Below are positions 9,374 to 18,436 of a stretch of 64,000 nt of DNA, one piece after another (the first letter of the stretch is position 1; each line of letters begins with the position of its first letter). The DNA is taken from positions 89,255 to 153,254 of the forward strand of contig CAYJVR010000004.1 in NCBI GenBank assembly GCA_964373715.1, read 5' to 3'. A model generated the notes under the pieces. That model worked only from the letters and a program-made list of their open reading frames with translations, was not told the origin of the DNA and did not search any database. The position numbers were made by a program, and so were the translations under genes. The stretch comes from an uncultured Planctomycetia bacterium (GTDB lineage: Bacteria > Omnitrophota > Gorgyraeia > 1-14-0-20-64-10).

Positions 9374-11133
9374 GGGTCTAAACCCCCAAGAGTTCCGTGA
9401 GCGGCGGATTGAGCGGTTTTCTCTTTCCTTATCCGCCCGATCCTGGCCCTTAAAGATTCGATCTCTTCTTGCTGGGCCTTGACCACCGCGATCAGAGCGG
9501 CCATATATTCCGGCAGGTCCAGCGCCTCATGGTGGTCGTCCACAATATCGTCCATGGCCTCCTCGACCAGTATCCCCACGCGATGCGATTTAGACGTTTC
9601 GACAGCCTCTTTCCTCTGGTAATTGTACAGGGGCACATCCATCAGCTGAGAGGCAAGCCCCCTCTCCTCCAGTGAAGTCAGACGGGCCAAATCTGTTTTA
9701 TAGGCGACCGAACTGCCCCATGTCCAGCCGCCGGTCGCCAGAGCGTCCCCGAAAACCTTCAAAGCATAACCGGCCGTGTAGGTGAACCCGCCGATCAAGC
9801 ACCGGTCGGTATGGGCCTGCCCTATCACCGTGAACATGTTGTTCCCGATAGGCATTCCCCTGATCCCAGTCTGTCCGTCGGCCCCGGATGGCGGCACTGT
9901 TATATTCCCCAGTCCACCCCTGCAGACAATACGCAGCTTCAAGACGTTTGCTGTTGGTGGGCCTACGGCGTCATACTCCCCGATGACCAGATCCTTATCG
10001 CTCACGGCTGAAGTCTGGTAATATAACCCGTAAGCAACAGTGGTGGTAGCGGGTTCGACTATAAGACCTCCGCCCGAGGGGGCCAAGGAGGAAGCCAGGA
10101 TACGGACGCCCGGCATCGTATCGGTCGTCGGAATACCGTTCAGCTTGAGATCCCCCTCTATAACGGTATTTCCATCGACCCGCAGCCCCCCCGCGGGAGG
10201 TGTTGGTAGCGGACTGCCGATCCCAAAACCTCCGGCATTCGTGAGCACCACTTTAGCGCTTGAAGAGCCGGCGCCGTCGTCCGTCCAAAACTGCAAATCA
10301 TTGCCCACACTGCGGATTTGCGCGTAGCGGGGATTCGCCGTGGTTCCGGCCAAATGAATCCTGGCCCCGGTTGCCGCAGATTCCGCGCCGATGTGCAGGA
10401 CTTCGGTGGGATTGACCACACCGGTACCATTGACGAAAATCCCGACACTGCCCGCCAACACACCCGCCCCGTCATCGACAACCGTCCGCAAAACCTCCCT
10501 GTCCGGATTGACGCCGTCCTGCATCATGAGCCTGAACCGGCCGGCATTGTTCTCCAGATGGAAATACCCGTTCGTGTCGGCCCCGACAAACATCAGCTGG
10601 CCGCCCAGGTCGGTGGGATCCCTGGGCCCGAGGTGAAGCGGCTCCTGCGGATCAAGCGCAAGACCGTCGGAGTGGGGATAAATCCCGAGAAAACCGGTTT
10701 CCATTATCCGCATTCTTTCCGTAGCGACCGCCGCTCCGGTATCATCGGTGTTGGTGAAGAACCGTATTCTTCCCGTGTCGTTTTCCAGATAGAACCAGCG
10801 GTTGGCCCCCGCTCCGAGCAGGCGCAGAGCGCCGCCCGAGTTGACCGCGTCCCGGGGCCCGATGTCCACAGAGATAATAGGAGCGGCTATAGACGGGTTA
10901 TTTGTTCTCACTCCCAGCGGGCCGGCGATGATAAGGGAATCGGCCGGCGGGGTGGTGGCCAGATAAGGGGTCCCGACTGTTTGACTCTGGACGCGGAACG
11001 GGTCCGGCAGGCTTCCTGACGGCGGATAGTAGGTTGTCACCTCCATCGTTTCGACGGCCCAGACCAGGGTGGCTGTGACCAGCACTCCCGCGAGAGTTCC
11101 AAAAACAGGAGTCTGCCAGAATTTATTGTTCAT
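9370..11133 (-). CDS. secreted fibre-like protein with C-terminal S74 intramolecular chaperone domain (tandem paralog 2 of 3)
   Basis: Signal peptide TLAGVLVTATLVWA. N-terminal motif TTYYPPSGSLPDPFRVQSQTVG. C-terminus YKTDLARLTSLEERGLASQLMDVPLYNYQRKEAVETSKSHRVGILVEEAMDDIVDDHHEALDLPEYMAALIAVVKAQQEEIESLRARI. A 4-nt overlap on both sides indicates translational coupling. Confidence 0.75.
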   Translation of the reverse strand: MNNKFWQTPVFGTLAGVLVTATLVWAVETMEVTTYYPPSGSLPDPFRVQSQTVGTPYLATTPPADSLIIAGPLGVRTNNPSIAAPIISVDIGPRDAVNSGGALRLLGAGANRWFYLENDTGRIRFFTNTDDTGAAVATERMRIMETGFLGIYPHSDGLALDPQEPLHLGPRDPTDLGGQLMFVGADTNGYFHLENNAGRFRLMMQDGVNPDREVLRTVVDDGAGVLAGSVGIFVNGTGVVNPTEVLHIGAESAATGARIHLAGTTANPRYAQIRSVGNDLQFWTDDGAGSSSAKVVLTNAGGFGIGSPLPTPPAGGLRVDGNTVIEGDLKLNGIPTTDTMPGVRILASSLAPSGGGLIVEPATTTVAYGLYYQTSAVSDKDLVIGEYDAVGPPTANVLKLRIVCRGGLGNITVPPSGADGQTGIRGMPIGNNMFTVIGQAHTDRCLIGGFTYTAGYALKVFGDALATGGWTWGSSVAYKTDLARLTSLEERGLASQLMDVPLYNYQRKEAVETSKSHRVGILVEEAMDDIVDDHHEALDLPEYMAALIAVVKAQQEEIESLRARIGRIRKEKTAQSAAHGTLGGLDP

Positions 11134-12914
11134 GGCCGCCCCTGTGCCCGCTCTTTCTCCAGATGATCAAGCTCCGACTTCAAAGACTCGATCTGAGCCT
11201 TCTGCGCTTTGAGCGCGGCCAACAACACGGACATGTAATCACTGCCGGCGATCGCACGCCCGCTGTCATCCACAATCTCTTTCGGCGCCTCTTCCGCCAG
11301 GATCCCGATGTGCCGGATTTTCGAATCGCCCGCCCCATTTTTCAAACGGTAGCGGTAAAGGACCTGTCCCGCCAATTTGTCCAGCAAATTTTTTTCATCG
11401 GTTGGACTCAGCCGGACCAGATCGGTCTTCCCGATCACAGAACTGCCTTCCGATTTGTTGCCGCTGGAATAAACCGCCCCCTGCACATGCATTTTATAAG
11501 GGAATACCAAAACCCCGCCCGCGCCGAACACCGCGGTATCTCCAAACATGGCGGCGTCGTTGCCGGCTAATCCGACGTCAAAAGGATAGGCCGGCGTCGT
11601 TATGTTGACGCCGACATACGCAGTCCCACCGACAGGATGGATCACAATGCGGCTGGCGGCATTGCCGCTGAGGGCCGGAGACTCGTCCCCGATCCGAAAA
11701 TCGGTGACCCCGCCGCCGACATCCACCGCCTGAAAAGCATAGGGCACCTTGGTCGCCGGCGGATTAATCGGGCCCTCCATTAAAAGGCCGGTAGTTCCTT
11801 TTATATGGAGTCCCGGGCTCGCAGCCGGGGCGCTTAACCCGATTACCATTTTTCCGGTACCCGCGACACCGACTTGAAGATTTCCGCCGGCCACATGAAG
11901 TTTCGTGCTCGCGCTTGGAACAGGAGCGGGGTTCCCGAAAGAGACATTTCCGGTGTTGGTGATCCGCATTTTCACGCTTTCAATTCCAACGCCATCCTGG
12001 GTCACAACCTGCAGTGTCTGGGCGTTGTTTTCGAAATAGAGGTACCTGTTTGTTCCGGCGCCTCTTAAAAGAAACTGTCCCCCGAGGTTCGTGGCATCGC
12101 GGGGCCCCAAGTGCAGAGCGGCCAGAGGATCCGTCACCCCGGTGTTGTTGTAGAAGATCCCCATTTGCCCCGTGGGTAAAATCCGGATTGCCTCATTCGC
12201 GCCGTTTTGCATCCTCAAACGGAATTGCGACGATTGATTCTCGATCAAAAAATAGGGGTGGTCCGGGTTGGCTCCGTTGACCGCGCCGGCCCAGAGGACC
12301 TCCGCGCCGTCGTTCGCGTTATCCACAGGGCCGACCTCCAGCATAGAGGTCGCGGCGGGGTCCACAACTTTATTCGTGCTCGGATAGATGCTCATTCTCC
12401 CCGTCTGGAGAATACGGACCCTATCCTCCGGGGCACCGACAGCGTTTTCAGACCAGATCCGGAACGCCCCGGTATTATTTTCAAACTCCCAAAACCGGTT
12501 GGCTCCCGCCCCCCGCAAGCGGATCAGGCCGCCTAGATTTCCAGCCGGGTTTCGGGCCACTTCAAGAGGAAACGTCGGGTTTGGCTCCCGGATCCCCAAC
12601 CGGCCGGCGATGATTAAAGAGTCGGCGGGGGTGGTGTTATTGGTCAGATAAAGGGTGGCCCCTTGATCAGCCCCCACCGTCATCCGGCGGACATGGAAGG
12701 GGTCCGTTGCCGTTACCGGCGGGAATGCGTAATACTCGACCATATCCACCTGCTCCGCCCAGGAGACCGTGGCCAGCATGCCGCCGGCGATCAGTACTCC
12801 GAATACTCCGGATCTTTTCTTCAGCATTTCGCGCACCCATCCGTGATTTGGCCTTAAGCTCTTTCTTTCGGCTTTTCCATACTGCTCAAAAAGCGGCCAA
12901 AAGAAACCGTTCAT
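11130..12914 (-). CDS. secreted fibre-like protein with C-terminal S74 intramolecular chaperone domain (tandem paralog 1 of 3); the true start may be the internal Met at ~12824
   Basis: MLKKRSGVFGVLIAGGMLATVSWA is a signal peptide if translation starts ~30 codons in. N-terminal motif MVEYYAFPPVTATDPFHVRRMTVG. C-terminus GKTDLVRLSPTDEKNLLDKLAGQVLYRYRLKNGAGDSKIRHIGILAEEAPKEIVDDSGRAIAGSDYMSVLLAALKAQKAQIESLKSELDHLEKE. Confidence 0.7.
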   Translation of the reverse strand: MNGFFWPLFEQYGKAERKSLRPNHGWVREMLKKRSGVFGVLIAGGMLATVSWAEQVDMVEYYAFPPVTATDPFHVRRMTVGADQGATLYLTNNTTPADSLIIAGRLGIREPNPTFPLEVARNPAGNLGGLIRLRGAGANRFWEFENNTGAFRIWSENAVGAPEDRVRILQTGRMSIYPSTNKVVDPAATSMLEVGPVDNANDGAEVLWAGAVNGANPDHPYFLIENQSSQFRLRMQNGANEAIRILPTGQMGIFYNNTGVTDPLAALHLGPRDATNLGGQFLLRGAGTNRYLYFENNAQTLQVVTQDGVGIESVKMRITNTGNVSFGNPAPVPSASTKLHVAGGNLQVGVAGTGKMVIGLSAPAASPGLHIKGTTGLLMEGPINPPATKVPYAFQAVDVGGGVTDFRIGDESPALSGNAASRIVIHPVGGTAYVGVNITTPAYPFDVGLAGNDAAMFGDTAVFGAGGVLVFPYKMHVQGAVYSSGNKSEGSSVIGKTDLVRLSPTDEKNLLDKLAGQVLYRYRLKNGAGDSKIRHIGILAEEAPKEIVDDSGRAIAGSDYMSVLLAALKAQKAQIESLKSELDHLEKERAQGRP

Positions 12915-12929
12915 TTCAGATCACCCCGG

Positions 12930-13442
12930 TTACTGGGTTGGCACTGTCCATTTGATCCTCATCCGGACTCGCCGCAAGTCGGTTACGTTATCCCCGTTAA
13001 AATCTCTGCCGATCAAACCATCCCCGTCAAAATCCTCATCTGCAATTCCATTGGCGTTTTCATCCGCTCTTTCCACATAAAGGTAAACCCCTTCTCCTGC
13101 TGCCGTCTGGAAACGCTGCAGTTCTGTCGGAAAATTCAGCCAGGTCGCTTTCACTGGGGCTACAGCCGGCACTGACGATGAGTTGGGCGGACTCGTCATA
13201 ATGTTGTCCACGTAATAGCCCGGCGCAAGCGTCGTCCCGTCGCCTAAAGCGGCCGCCACAGCCAACCGGAGCTTCTCCGTGACCCGCTGGATATGGCCCT
13301 GGACCATAATCTCCGTTTCCGACCGCCAGCTCACTTTCCGGCTGAAAGCAAAAGCGGTAAATATCCCGCTGGTGACAAGGGCGAATATCAGCATCGCCAG
13401 CATAATCTCCAAGAGGGTGACCCCCATTCGTCCGCTTTTCAT
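12930..13442 (-). CDS. prepilin-type N-terminal cleavage/methylation domain pseudopilin (GspH/I/J-like minor pilin)
   Basis: Start trimmed to the ATG at 13440-13442, with a GGAGAT SD 8 nt upstream. N-terminus MKSGRMGVTLLEIMLAMLIFALVTSGIF has the class III signal G|VTLLE with Glu at +5 followed by a hydrophobic helix. The ORF-track N-terminal extension overlaps the upstream gene. Confidence 0.6.
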   Translation of the reverse strand: MKSGRMGVTLLEIMLAMLIFALVTSGIFTAFAFSRKVSWRSETEIMVQGHIQRVTEKLRLAVAAALGDGTTLAPGYYVDNIMTSPPNSSSVPAVAPVKATWLNFPTELQRFQTAAGEGVYLYVERADENANGIADEDFDGDGLIGRDFNGDNVTDLRRVRMRIKWTVPTQ

Positions 13443-13446
13443 CCTA

Positions 13447-13977
13447 TTAATCTCCATAATCCGAAAAAACGCGCACCCGGAACTCCGGCTGCCCCACGCC
13501 GTTGATGCCCGATTGAGCTGTGACATCCACCTCGCGGCCGACGCGGCTGGGGAGGAGAGCCCCCATAAAAATATCATTCGTCCGAAAATCCGGCGCCCCG
13601 CCGCCCGCGGCGGCACACACGTTGCCGGAGACTCTCGACGTAATCACGTAAGCCCTGGGAGACCCGTGCGATCCCGCGTGAGTCTGCGCATGCCGGATCG
13701 CATTGGCAAACCCGGCCGGCGGTCGGGTAGCCAAAGCTTCAAGGTTAAACACCGCGTCAGTATACGTCGTATCCAGTTCGATCCGGTTGAAAACGTACCG
13801 GACCCCCGCCTCGCAAGCCGCCTGCGCCGCGGCATGATCCGCTTGAAGGAACGCCGCGTTAAAGCTGTTGAAGGAGAGGTTCATTACCGCCATCACGATA
13901 AAAAGAACCATCAGAGACGCCGCCACCGCAACAACCAGCGCAACCCCTTTTTCCGATGAACGGTCTCTTTTCAACAT
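13447..13977 (-). CDS. pseudopilin-like protein lacking Glu+5 (GspK/PilX-like minor pilin candidate)
   Basis: Start trimmed to the ATG at 13975-13977, which overlaps the stop of the upstream pilin by 1 nt. MLKRDRSSEKGVALVVAVAASLMVLFIVMAVMNLSFNSFNAAF has a prepilin-like hydrophobic N-terminal helix without E5, as in GspK. The 88-codon upstream extension in the ORF track lies wholly within the neighbouring gene. Confidence 0.5.
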   Translation of the reverse strand: MLKRDRSSEKGVALVVAVAASLMVLFIVMAVMNLSFNSFNAAFLQADHAAAQAACEAGVRYVFNRIELDTTYTDAVFNLEALATRPPAGFANAIRHAQTHAGSHGSPRAYVITSRVSGNVCAAAGGGAPDFRTNDIFMGALLPSRVGREVDVTAQSGINGVGQPEFRVRVFSDYGD

Positions 13978-14591
13978 CAGTTCGTCACCATCCCCCGCGG
14001 GCTGACCGTGCTGACCACCGTGCTTGTCCGCGTCTGCGTTCCGACCGTCTTTGTGACGGTCATCGAGATATCCAGCTGGGCCGGAGAAACGAGCGTGAAT
14101 GTGAAGCTGGCTACATTCCGGGCAATGATTTCCCCGCCGAAACCGGGATCCCCCGGATCCGCGACGGAAGCGCCCGGCACAAAATCCCGCCTGTAATACA
14201 AGATCTGGGCGCCGGAATCGTATCCGTAGTAATCCCACCAATCGTCCGTGGGGTCTAACGGGGTAGCCGTGCCGCCCGAAATGCTTCTATGGTCATAGCG
14301 GACCGCTATCTTGGAAGAAACATTTCCGACAGCCCCGTATTGGATGAGCCTATTCCCTAAGCCGACGAACTTCTTCAGGTGGGCGTGACCGTAAGAAGCC
14401 TCTCCTTGGGTTGTCGCCATGCCGACAGTCTGCATCAAGAAATTATGGGAGGTTCCGGTCACCATGACCATCCCCAGCCCAACAACCCCGATGAGGACCG
14501 CCGCCAACATGACCTCAACCAGCGTCATCCCTTTTCGTGAGAATAGCATCGGTTCTGCATAACCTCTCTTCAGGCAAGGGTCGGCTTTCAA
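13977..14591 (-). CDS. prepilin-type N-terminal cleavage/methylation domain pseudopilin (first gene of the pilin-fibre operon)
   Basis: MLFSRKGMTLVEVMLAAVLIGVVGLGMVMV has a canonical G|MTLVE prepilin peptidase site with E5, followed by a ~20-aa hydrophobic helix. Confidence 0.65.
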   Translation of the reverse strand: MKADPCLKRGYAEPMLFSRKGMTLVEVMLAAVLIGVVGLGMVMVTGTSHNFLMQTVGMATTQGEASYGHAHLKKFVGLGNRLIQYGAVGNVSSKIAVRYDHRSISGGTATPLDPTDDWWDYYGYDSGAQILYYRRDFVPGASVADPGDPGFGGEIIARNVASFTFTLVSPAQLDISMTVTKTVGTQTRTSTVVSTVSPRGMVTN

Positions 14592-14710
14592 TGACTAACC
14601 CTTTGGTTTTCTAGTATAAACTAACTATTAAATTGCTTAATAATAGCTCGGTTTTCCATATTTTCTTTTTCTCATAAAAAAGTATACCCGATCAAGCCCC
14701 TTATGACAAA
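14592..14710 (-). promoter_or_regulatory. AT-rich intergenic region, putative promoter of the pseudopilin/S74-fibre operon
   Basis: A 119-nt AT-rich spacer (ctagtataaactaactattaaattgcttaataatag...cataaaaaagtataccc) lies between the GDE gene end and the first pilin start. All six downstream genes are same-strand with 0-16 nt spacing or overlaps. Confidence 0.3.
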
Positions 14711-16879
14711 CTACAAATCGACCAGCTTAGCCTCCCGAATGGCCCTTAATATCTCCCCCACGGACCATGCTTGGGAAACTGCGCCCTGCGGGACATGGGG
14801 AGGATCTCCGTCAAAGAGCTCGCTGACGGACCCCAGCGCCCCCTCCTGAAGGTGGGTCAAGAACGGCTCCAGCTGTTTCCTGATCCGCTTCTGGGTGGCG
14901 GGGGTCAGCCGCCGGGCTTTGATAACAGCGCTCACATAAGGGCCCATGAGCCACGGCCAAACAGTCCCTTGATGATAGGCCTGGGCCCTCGTTTTCACTT
15001 CGCCGGCGAAATACCCGCGATACTCCGGGTGCCGGGGCGTGAGGGTTCTTGGCCCAAATGGGGTGAGCAATTCTCTCTCCGTCATCTCTAAAACCCAGGA
15101 GAGAGAATCCCTGGAAAACGGCGAGAAAGGAAGGCTGGCGGCGATCAACATATTCGGGCGCAGCGAGGCGTCTTTCCCTGTTTTCGTCACCCGGTCGTAA
15201 ACAATCCCGCCGGGACCGATGAAAGCCCGTGTGAAGCTTTTCTCAACCAACCGGGCCATTTGGATACATGTGCCCGCACGGCGCAGCCCGGCCCGCTGGC
15301 CGATCTCAGCCATGATGTTCAGCGCGCAATACCAAAGTGCATTGATTTCAATTGGCTTGCCGAAACGGGGCGTCACCGCTTTCCCGGGAGCATCGCCGCG
15401 AAGATTCGGTTCCCGGGCATCCATCCAGGTCATCGGCAGCTCTTCGTCAGACAACTGGATTAGCCCATCCTCATCCATCCCGATGCCGTAAGCGGTTCCT
15501 TCAAGGTAAGACTCCATGATGTCCTGCATCGGCCCCAAAAGCTTGCGGGTGATAAAACGCAGGTCTTTCGTGGCATTCCAGTAATGCCATACCGCCCAAA
15601 AGAACCAGAGCGACGTGTCGGCCGAATCGTATTCGGGCGATCCGTCTTCCTCCGCCAACCTGACCGGCAATAACCCCCATTTGATCTTGGAGATAAAGGT
15701 TTCTAGCAGATCGCGCGCCGCGTCAAAACGACCGGTGCTTAAGGTCAATCCCGGCAGGGCAACCAAGGCGTCTCTTCCCCAGACGGTGGCCCAAGGAAAA
15801 CCGGCGAGCAGAAAAGCATCAAGCGGCGCATGAGACGGCCTGCTCCGTTTTAAGCGAACGGGCGGCCTCTTTTCGTGGGAGCCGGTCCGGGGCAGATGGA
15901 CCAGAAAGTTGTCGGCAGTCCAGGCCAAACGGGCTGAGAGAGGCCCTTGCGGCGGCGTGATCGTCCTGGCGAGAACGGCCTGGGTATTCTGCAAACGCCT
16001 CTGGTGAAACGTCAGATCCACCCCGCCCCGCCGCCCCGTCGACGCGACAAAAGCGCAGGACTCGCCGACCCTCATGAGGTAAAGCAGCTGGCCCGGCGAC
16101 CACAAATCCTCGAAAACCCGGTTGGGGCCTTCCCTTTCAGAGACATACTCAAAGTTTTTGTACCAGCAGGGGCTTTTCTCAACCAGCTCCGCCGTGTGAT
16201 GGATGACTAGAGGGGGCAGTGACGGATACGGCCTGAGCGTCAATTCCCCTTCTTTTTCTTCGATCCTCGTGTTGAAATTCGCGTTCTCCTCAGACACCCA
16301 GCGAAAATCCCTCATCGCAATGAGAGGCCTCACCGCCAGCTCAATGGCGGATGACCCCTCCCGCAGGGTATAGCCGATAACCACCGCGTTTTCGCCGGGC
16401 AGCAGAAAAACCGTTTTTTCCAGAAGAATGTCGCCGACCCGGTAAAAAAAAGTGGGGCTCGGGTCCAAACGGAACTCCGCAAGAAAGCGGTATCCTTCCG
16501 GATGAATAACGTTTCCATACCGGTGGGTTGACAGTTCCGTCCGTCCGCTGGAGACAACCACCATTTCATCCACCGCGGAAAGAAGCACAACGCGTCCCAG
16601 CGGCGGCTCTGTAGCGGCGACAAGAAGGCCGTGGTACCGGCGGGTATTCATCCCAACAACTGTGGAGGAGGCGTAGCCGCCGATCCCGTTGGTGATGATC
16701 CACTCCCTGCCGGAGGCTTCAGCCGGCTTACGGCAAAACTCCGGACCAAAACGGATCGGCTGAAGATGTTTTAAAGGAAGGCTCTGCCGTACGGCCGGCA
16801 GATTTTCTTTCTGAAAACCGGCCTCTGAAGCCGGAAGATCCCAAGACGCCGGGTGAGATTCGGTCCCCTTGTTGCGCAT
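14711..16879 (-). CDS. glycogen debranching enzyme family protein (GDE_N + amylo-alpha-1,6-glucosidase domain)
   Basis: N-terminus EWIITNGIGGYASSTVVGMNTRRYHGLLVAA matches the GDE_N motif; the C-terminal region LMGPYVSAVIKARR...GAVSQAWSVGEILRAI matches the GDE_C six-hairpin domain. Start trimmed to Met56 (16879) from homology; the longer ORF would overlap the upstream CMD gene. Confidence 0.75.
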   Translation of the reverse strand: MRNKGTESHPASWDLPASEAGFQKENLPAVRQSLPLKHLQPIRFGPEFCRKPAEASGREWIITNGIGGYASSTVVGMNTRRYHGLLVAATEPPLGRVVLLSAVDEMVVVSSGRTELSTHRYGNVIHPEGYRFLAEFRLDPSPTFFYRVGDILLEKTVFLLPGENAVVIGYTLREGSSAIELAVRPLIAMRDFRWVSEENANFNTRIEEKEGELTLRPYPSLPPLVIHHTAELVEKSPCWYKNFEYVSEREGPNRVFEDLWSPGQLLYLMRVGESCAFVASTGRRGGVDLTFHQRRLQNTQAVLARTITPPQGPLSARLAWTADNFLVHLPRTGSHEKRPPVRLKRSRPSHAPLDAFLLAGFPWATVWGRDALVALPGLTLSTGRFDAARDLLETFISKIKWGLLPVRLAEEDGSPEYDSADTSLWFFWAVWHYWNATKDLRFITRKLLGPMQDIMESYLEGTAYGIGMDEDGLIQLSDEELPMTWMDAREPNLRGDAPGKAVTPRFGKPIEINALWYCALNIMAEIGQRAGLRRAGTCIQMARLVEKSFTRAFIGPGGIVYDRVTKTGKDASLRPNMLIAASLPFSPFSRDSLSWVLEMTERELLTPFGPRTLTPRHPEYRGYFAGEVKTRAQAYHQGTVWPWLMGPYVSAVIKARRLTPATQKRIRKQLEPFLTHLQEGALGSVSELFDGDPPHVPQGAVSQAWSVGEILRAIREAKLVDL

Positions 16880-16896
16880 CAAGGCGCCCTCAGAGG

Positions 16897-17280
16897 TTAC
16901 AGCTCCGGTTCCAGCCCAAATCCTGTGACAAGGGTATTCAAAGCGGTGGAGAGGCTGGCCACTTCCAAAAGCTCGGCAATCTCCCCATCCGTTGCGCCCA
17001 GGCGTTTTAAAGCGATTGAATGGATCGTCACGAAATAGGGGCACCTCTGCGCCGCCGCCACGGCAAGAGCGGCGAACAGCTTCGCTTTGACATCCAATGC
17101 CCCGGACCCGAAAAGACCTTTGACCTGGGTCCAGACCGCCTCCAGCTGTTCCGACCGATTGGCCAGCGCTCTGAATAACTGCGGCACAAAAGGAATTTCC
17201 AGGGTCACCTTGATCTCTTCAAAAATCTCTTTTACCTTGCCGGTGGCCTCAGTCTCGTCCATCAAACGGATGATTGCCAT
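16897..17280 (-). CDS. carboxymuconolactone decarboxylase (AhpD-like) family protein
   Basis: A 127-aa all-helical protein, MAIIRLMDETEATGKVKEIFEEI...ATDGEIAELLEVASLSTALNTLVTGFGLEPEL, matching CMD-family topology. Confidence 0.7.
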   Translation of the reverse strand: MAIIRLMDETEATGKVKEIFEEIKVTLEIPFVPQLFRALANRSEQLEAVWTQVKGLFGSGALDVKAKLFAALAVAAAQRCPYFVTIHSIALKRLGATDGEIAELLEVASLSTALNTLVTGFGLEPEL

Positions 17281-17344
17281 AGCGCGTTCTCCTCTTGTGA
17301 TAAAATGGTCCGAAGGCTACGGGGCTTTCATAAGAGGAGTATAC

Positions 17345-17776
17345 ATGAGTCAGCCTTCCAGGGAAAATTCGATTTTGCCGGTGCTGCTGCCGGCGGCGGT
17401 TCTGCTGTTATCCGGCTGCGCCCCTCTTTTGCTGGCATCGGCGGGAGCCGTGGTCGGCTATGCCGTCAGCCGCGACTCAGTCACTCTCGACATGGACGCT
17501 CCGCTGGACACCGTCTGGAGGGCCAGCCTGGAGGAGTCGGCGCGGCTGGGCGCTATAAAGAAACAGGATCAGGTCAACGGACGGATTGACGGACGGATTC
17601 AAAAAGCGGATGTCGTCTTAACGCTTGAGCAGCTGACCCCTTCCACCGTCCGCGTGGTGATACGAGCCCGGAAAAACCTCCTGCCTGAAATCGAACCGGC
17701 TCAAAAGCTCGGGATGAACATCGCGCGGCGGATCGGGCAGACCTCGAAAAACAGTTCGGAAGATACTCGGGATTAA
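17345..17776 (+). CDS. lipoprotein (DUF3568-like), paralog of 34561..34932
   Basis: ATG at 17345 with an AGGAG SD. Lipobox AAVLLLSGC|APL. Shared GYAVSRDS / GYAISKDS segment and overall similarity with the 123-aa ORF at 34561..34932. Start trimmed from the ORF-track 17087. Confidence 0.6.
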   Translation: MSQPSRENSILPVLLPAAVLLLSGCAPLLLASAGAVVGYAVSRDSVTLDMDAPLDTVWRASLEESARLGAIKKQDQVNGRIDGRIQKADVVLTLEQLTPSTVRVVIRARKNLLPEIEPAQKLGMNIARRIGQTSKNSSEDTRD

Positions 17777-17810
17777 ACGGCGGTCCTGCAAAAAAAAACG
17801 AAAGAGGTTC

Positions 17811-18353
17811 TTACTGTCCCTCGGGGCCTTCCTTCCCTTCCTCCCCCTTCTCCGGCTCCAAATCTTTGAAGAAATCTTCCGGTTTCATCGTCTGAAGGTT
17901 TTTCTTGAATTTCTCCACCTCCTCTTCCGTAATCGGCTTCATGATCACCGGGCATTTCTTCAGGACCTTCTCATCGATGTAGATGGGGGTGTTCGTCCGG
18001 ACGGCCAAAGCCATCGCGTCCGATGGGCGGGAATCAATCTCATGACGCTGGGTGCCAATCATGAGGGTGATGGAGGCGAAGTACGTTCCGTCCTCGAGAT
18101 CGGTGACAACCACTTTTTCCACTTTCACCCCGAGGCTGCCGAGGATCGACGACATCAAATCATGCGTCATCGGCCTGGGCAGTTGCTCTCCCTGGAGCTT
18201 CAGCCCGATGGCGTTCCCTTCGTTAACGCCGATCCAGATGGGAACAAGCCGCTGCCCACCCACCTCTTCGAGCGTGACAACGTACTGCCCCAGAAGAGGG
18301 ATCAGCACCAGAGAGAATATCTTAGCTTCTTTTAAATGGCCGTTTGATTTCAT
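17811..18353 (-). CDS. bifunctional nuclease (BFN/DUF151) domain protein
   Basis: IFSLVLIPLLGQYVVTLEEVGGQRLVPIWIGVNEGNAIGLKLQGEQLPRPMTHDLMSSILGSLGVKVEKVVVTDLEDGTYFASI matches the conserved BFN core. Confidence 0.7.
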   Translation of the reverse strand: MKSNGHLKEAKIFSLVLIPLLGQYVVTLEEVGGQRLVPIWIGVNEGNAIGLKLQGEQLPRPMTHDLMSSILGSLGVKVEKVVVTDLEDGTYFASITLMIGTQRHEIDSRPSDAMALAVRTNTPIYIDEKVLKKCPVIMKPITEEEVEKFKKNLQTMKPEDFFKDLEPEKGEEGKEGPEGQ

Positions 18354-18436
18354 TGCAACGTCAATTGTAGCTGGCGGCGAAGCGCCGTGTCAAATAAGCC
18401 CATTTTTATTATTGCAAGTAAAGCCGAAGAAACGGC

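Noticed and set aside
13447-14241. Long N-terminal extensions of the second and third pseudopilin ORFs (to 14241 and 13616) that would overlap upstream genes by 260 and 170 nt.
   Set aside because: The extensions are out-of-frame read-through of the neighbouring pilin genes. Internal ATGs with SD sequences sit 1-5 nt from the upstream stops and give canonical prepilin N-termini.
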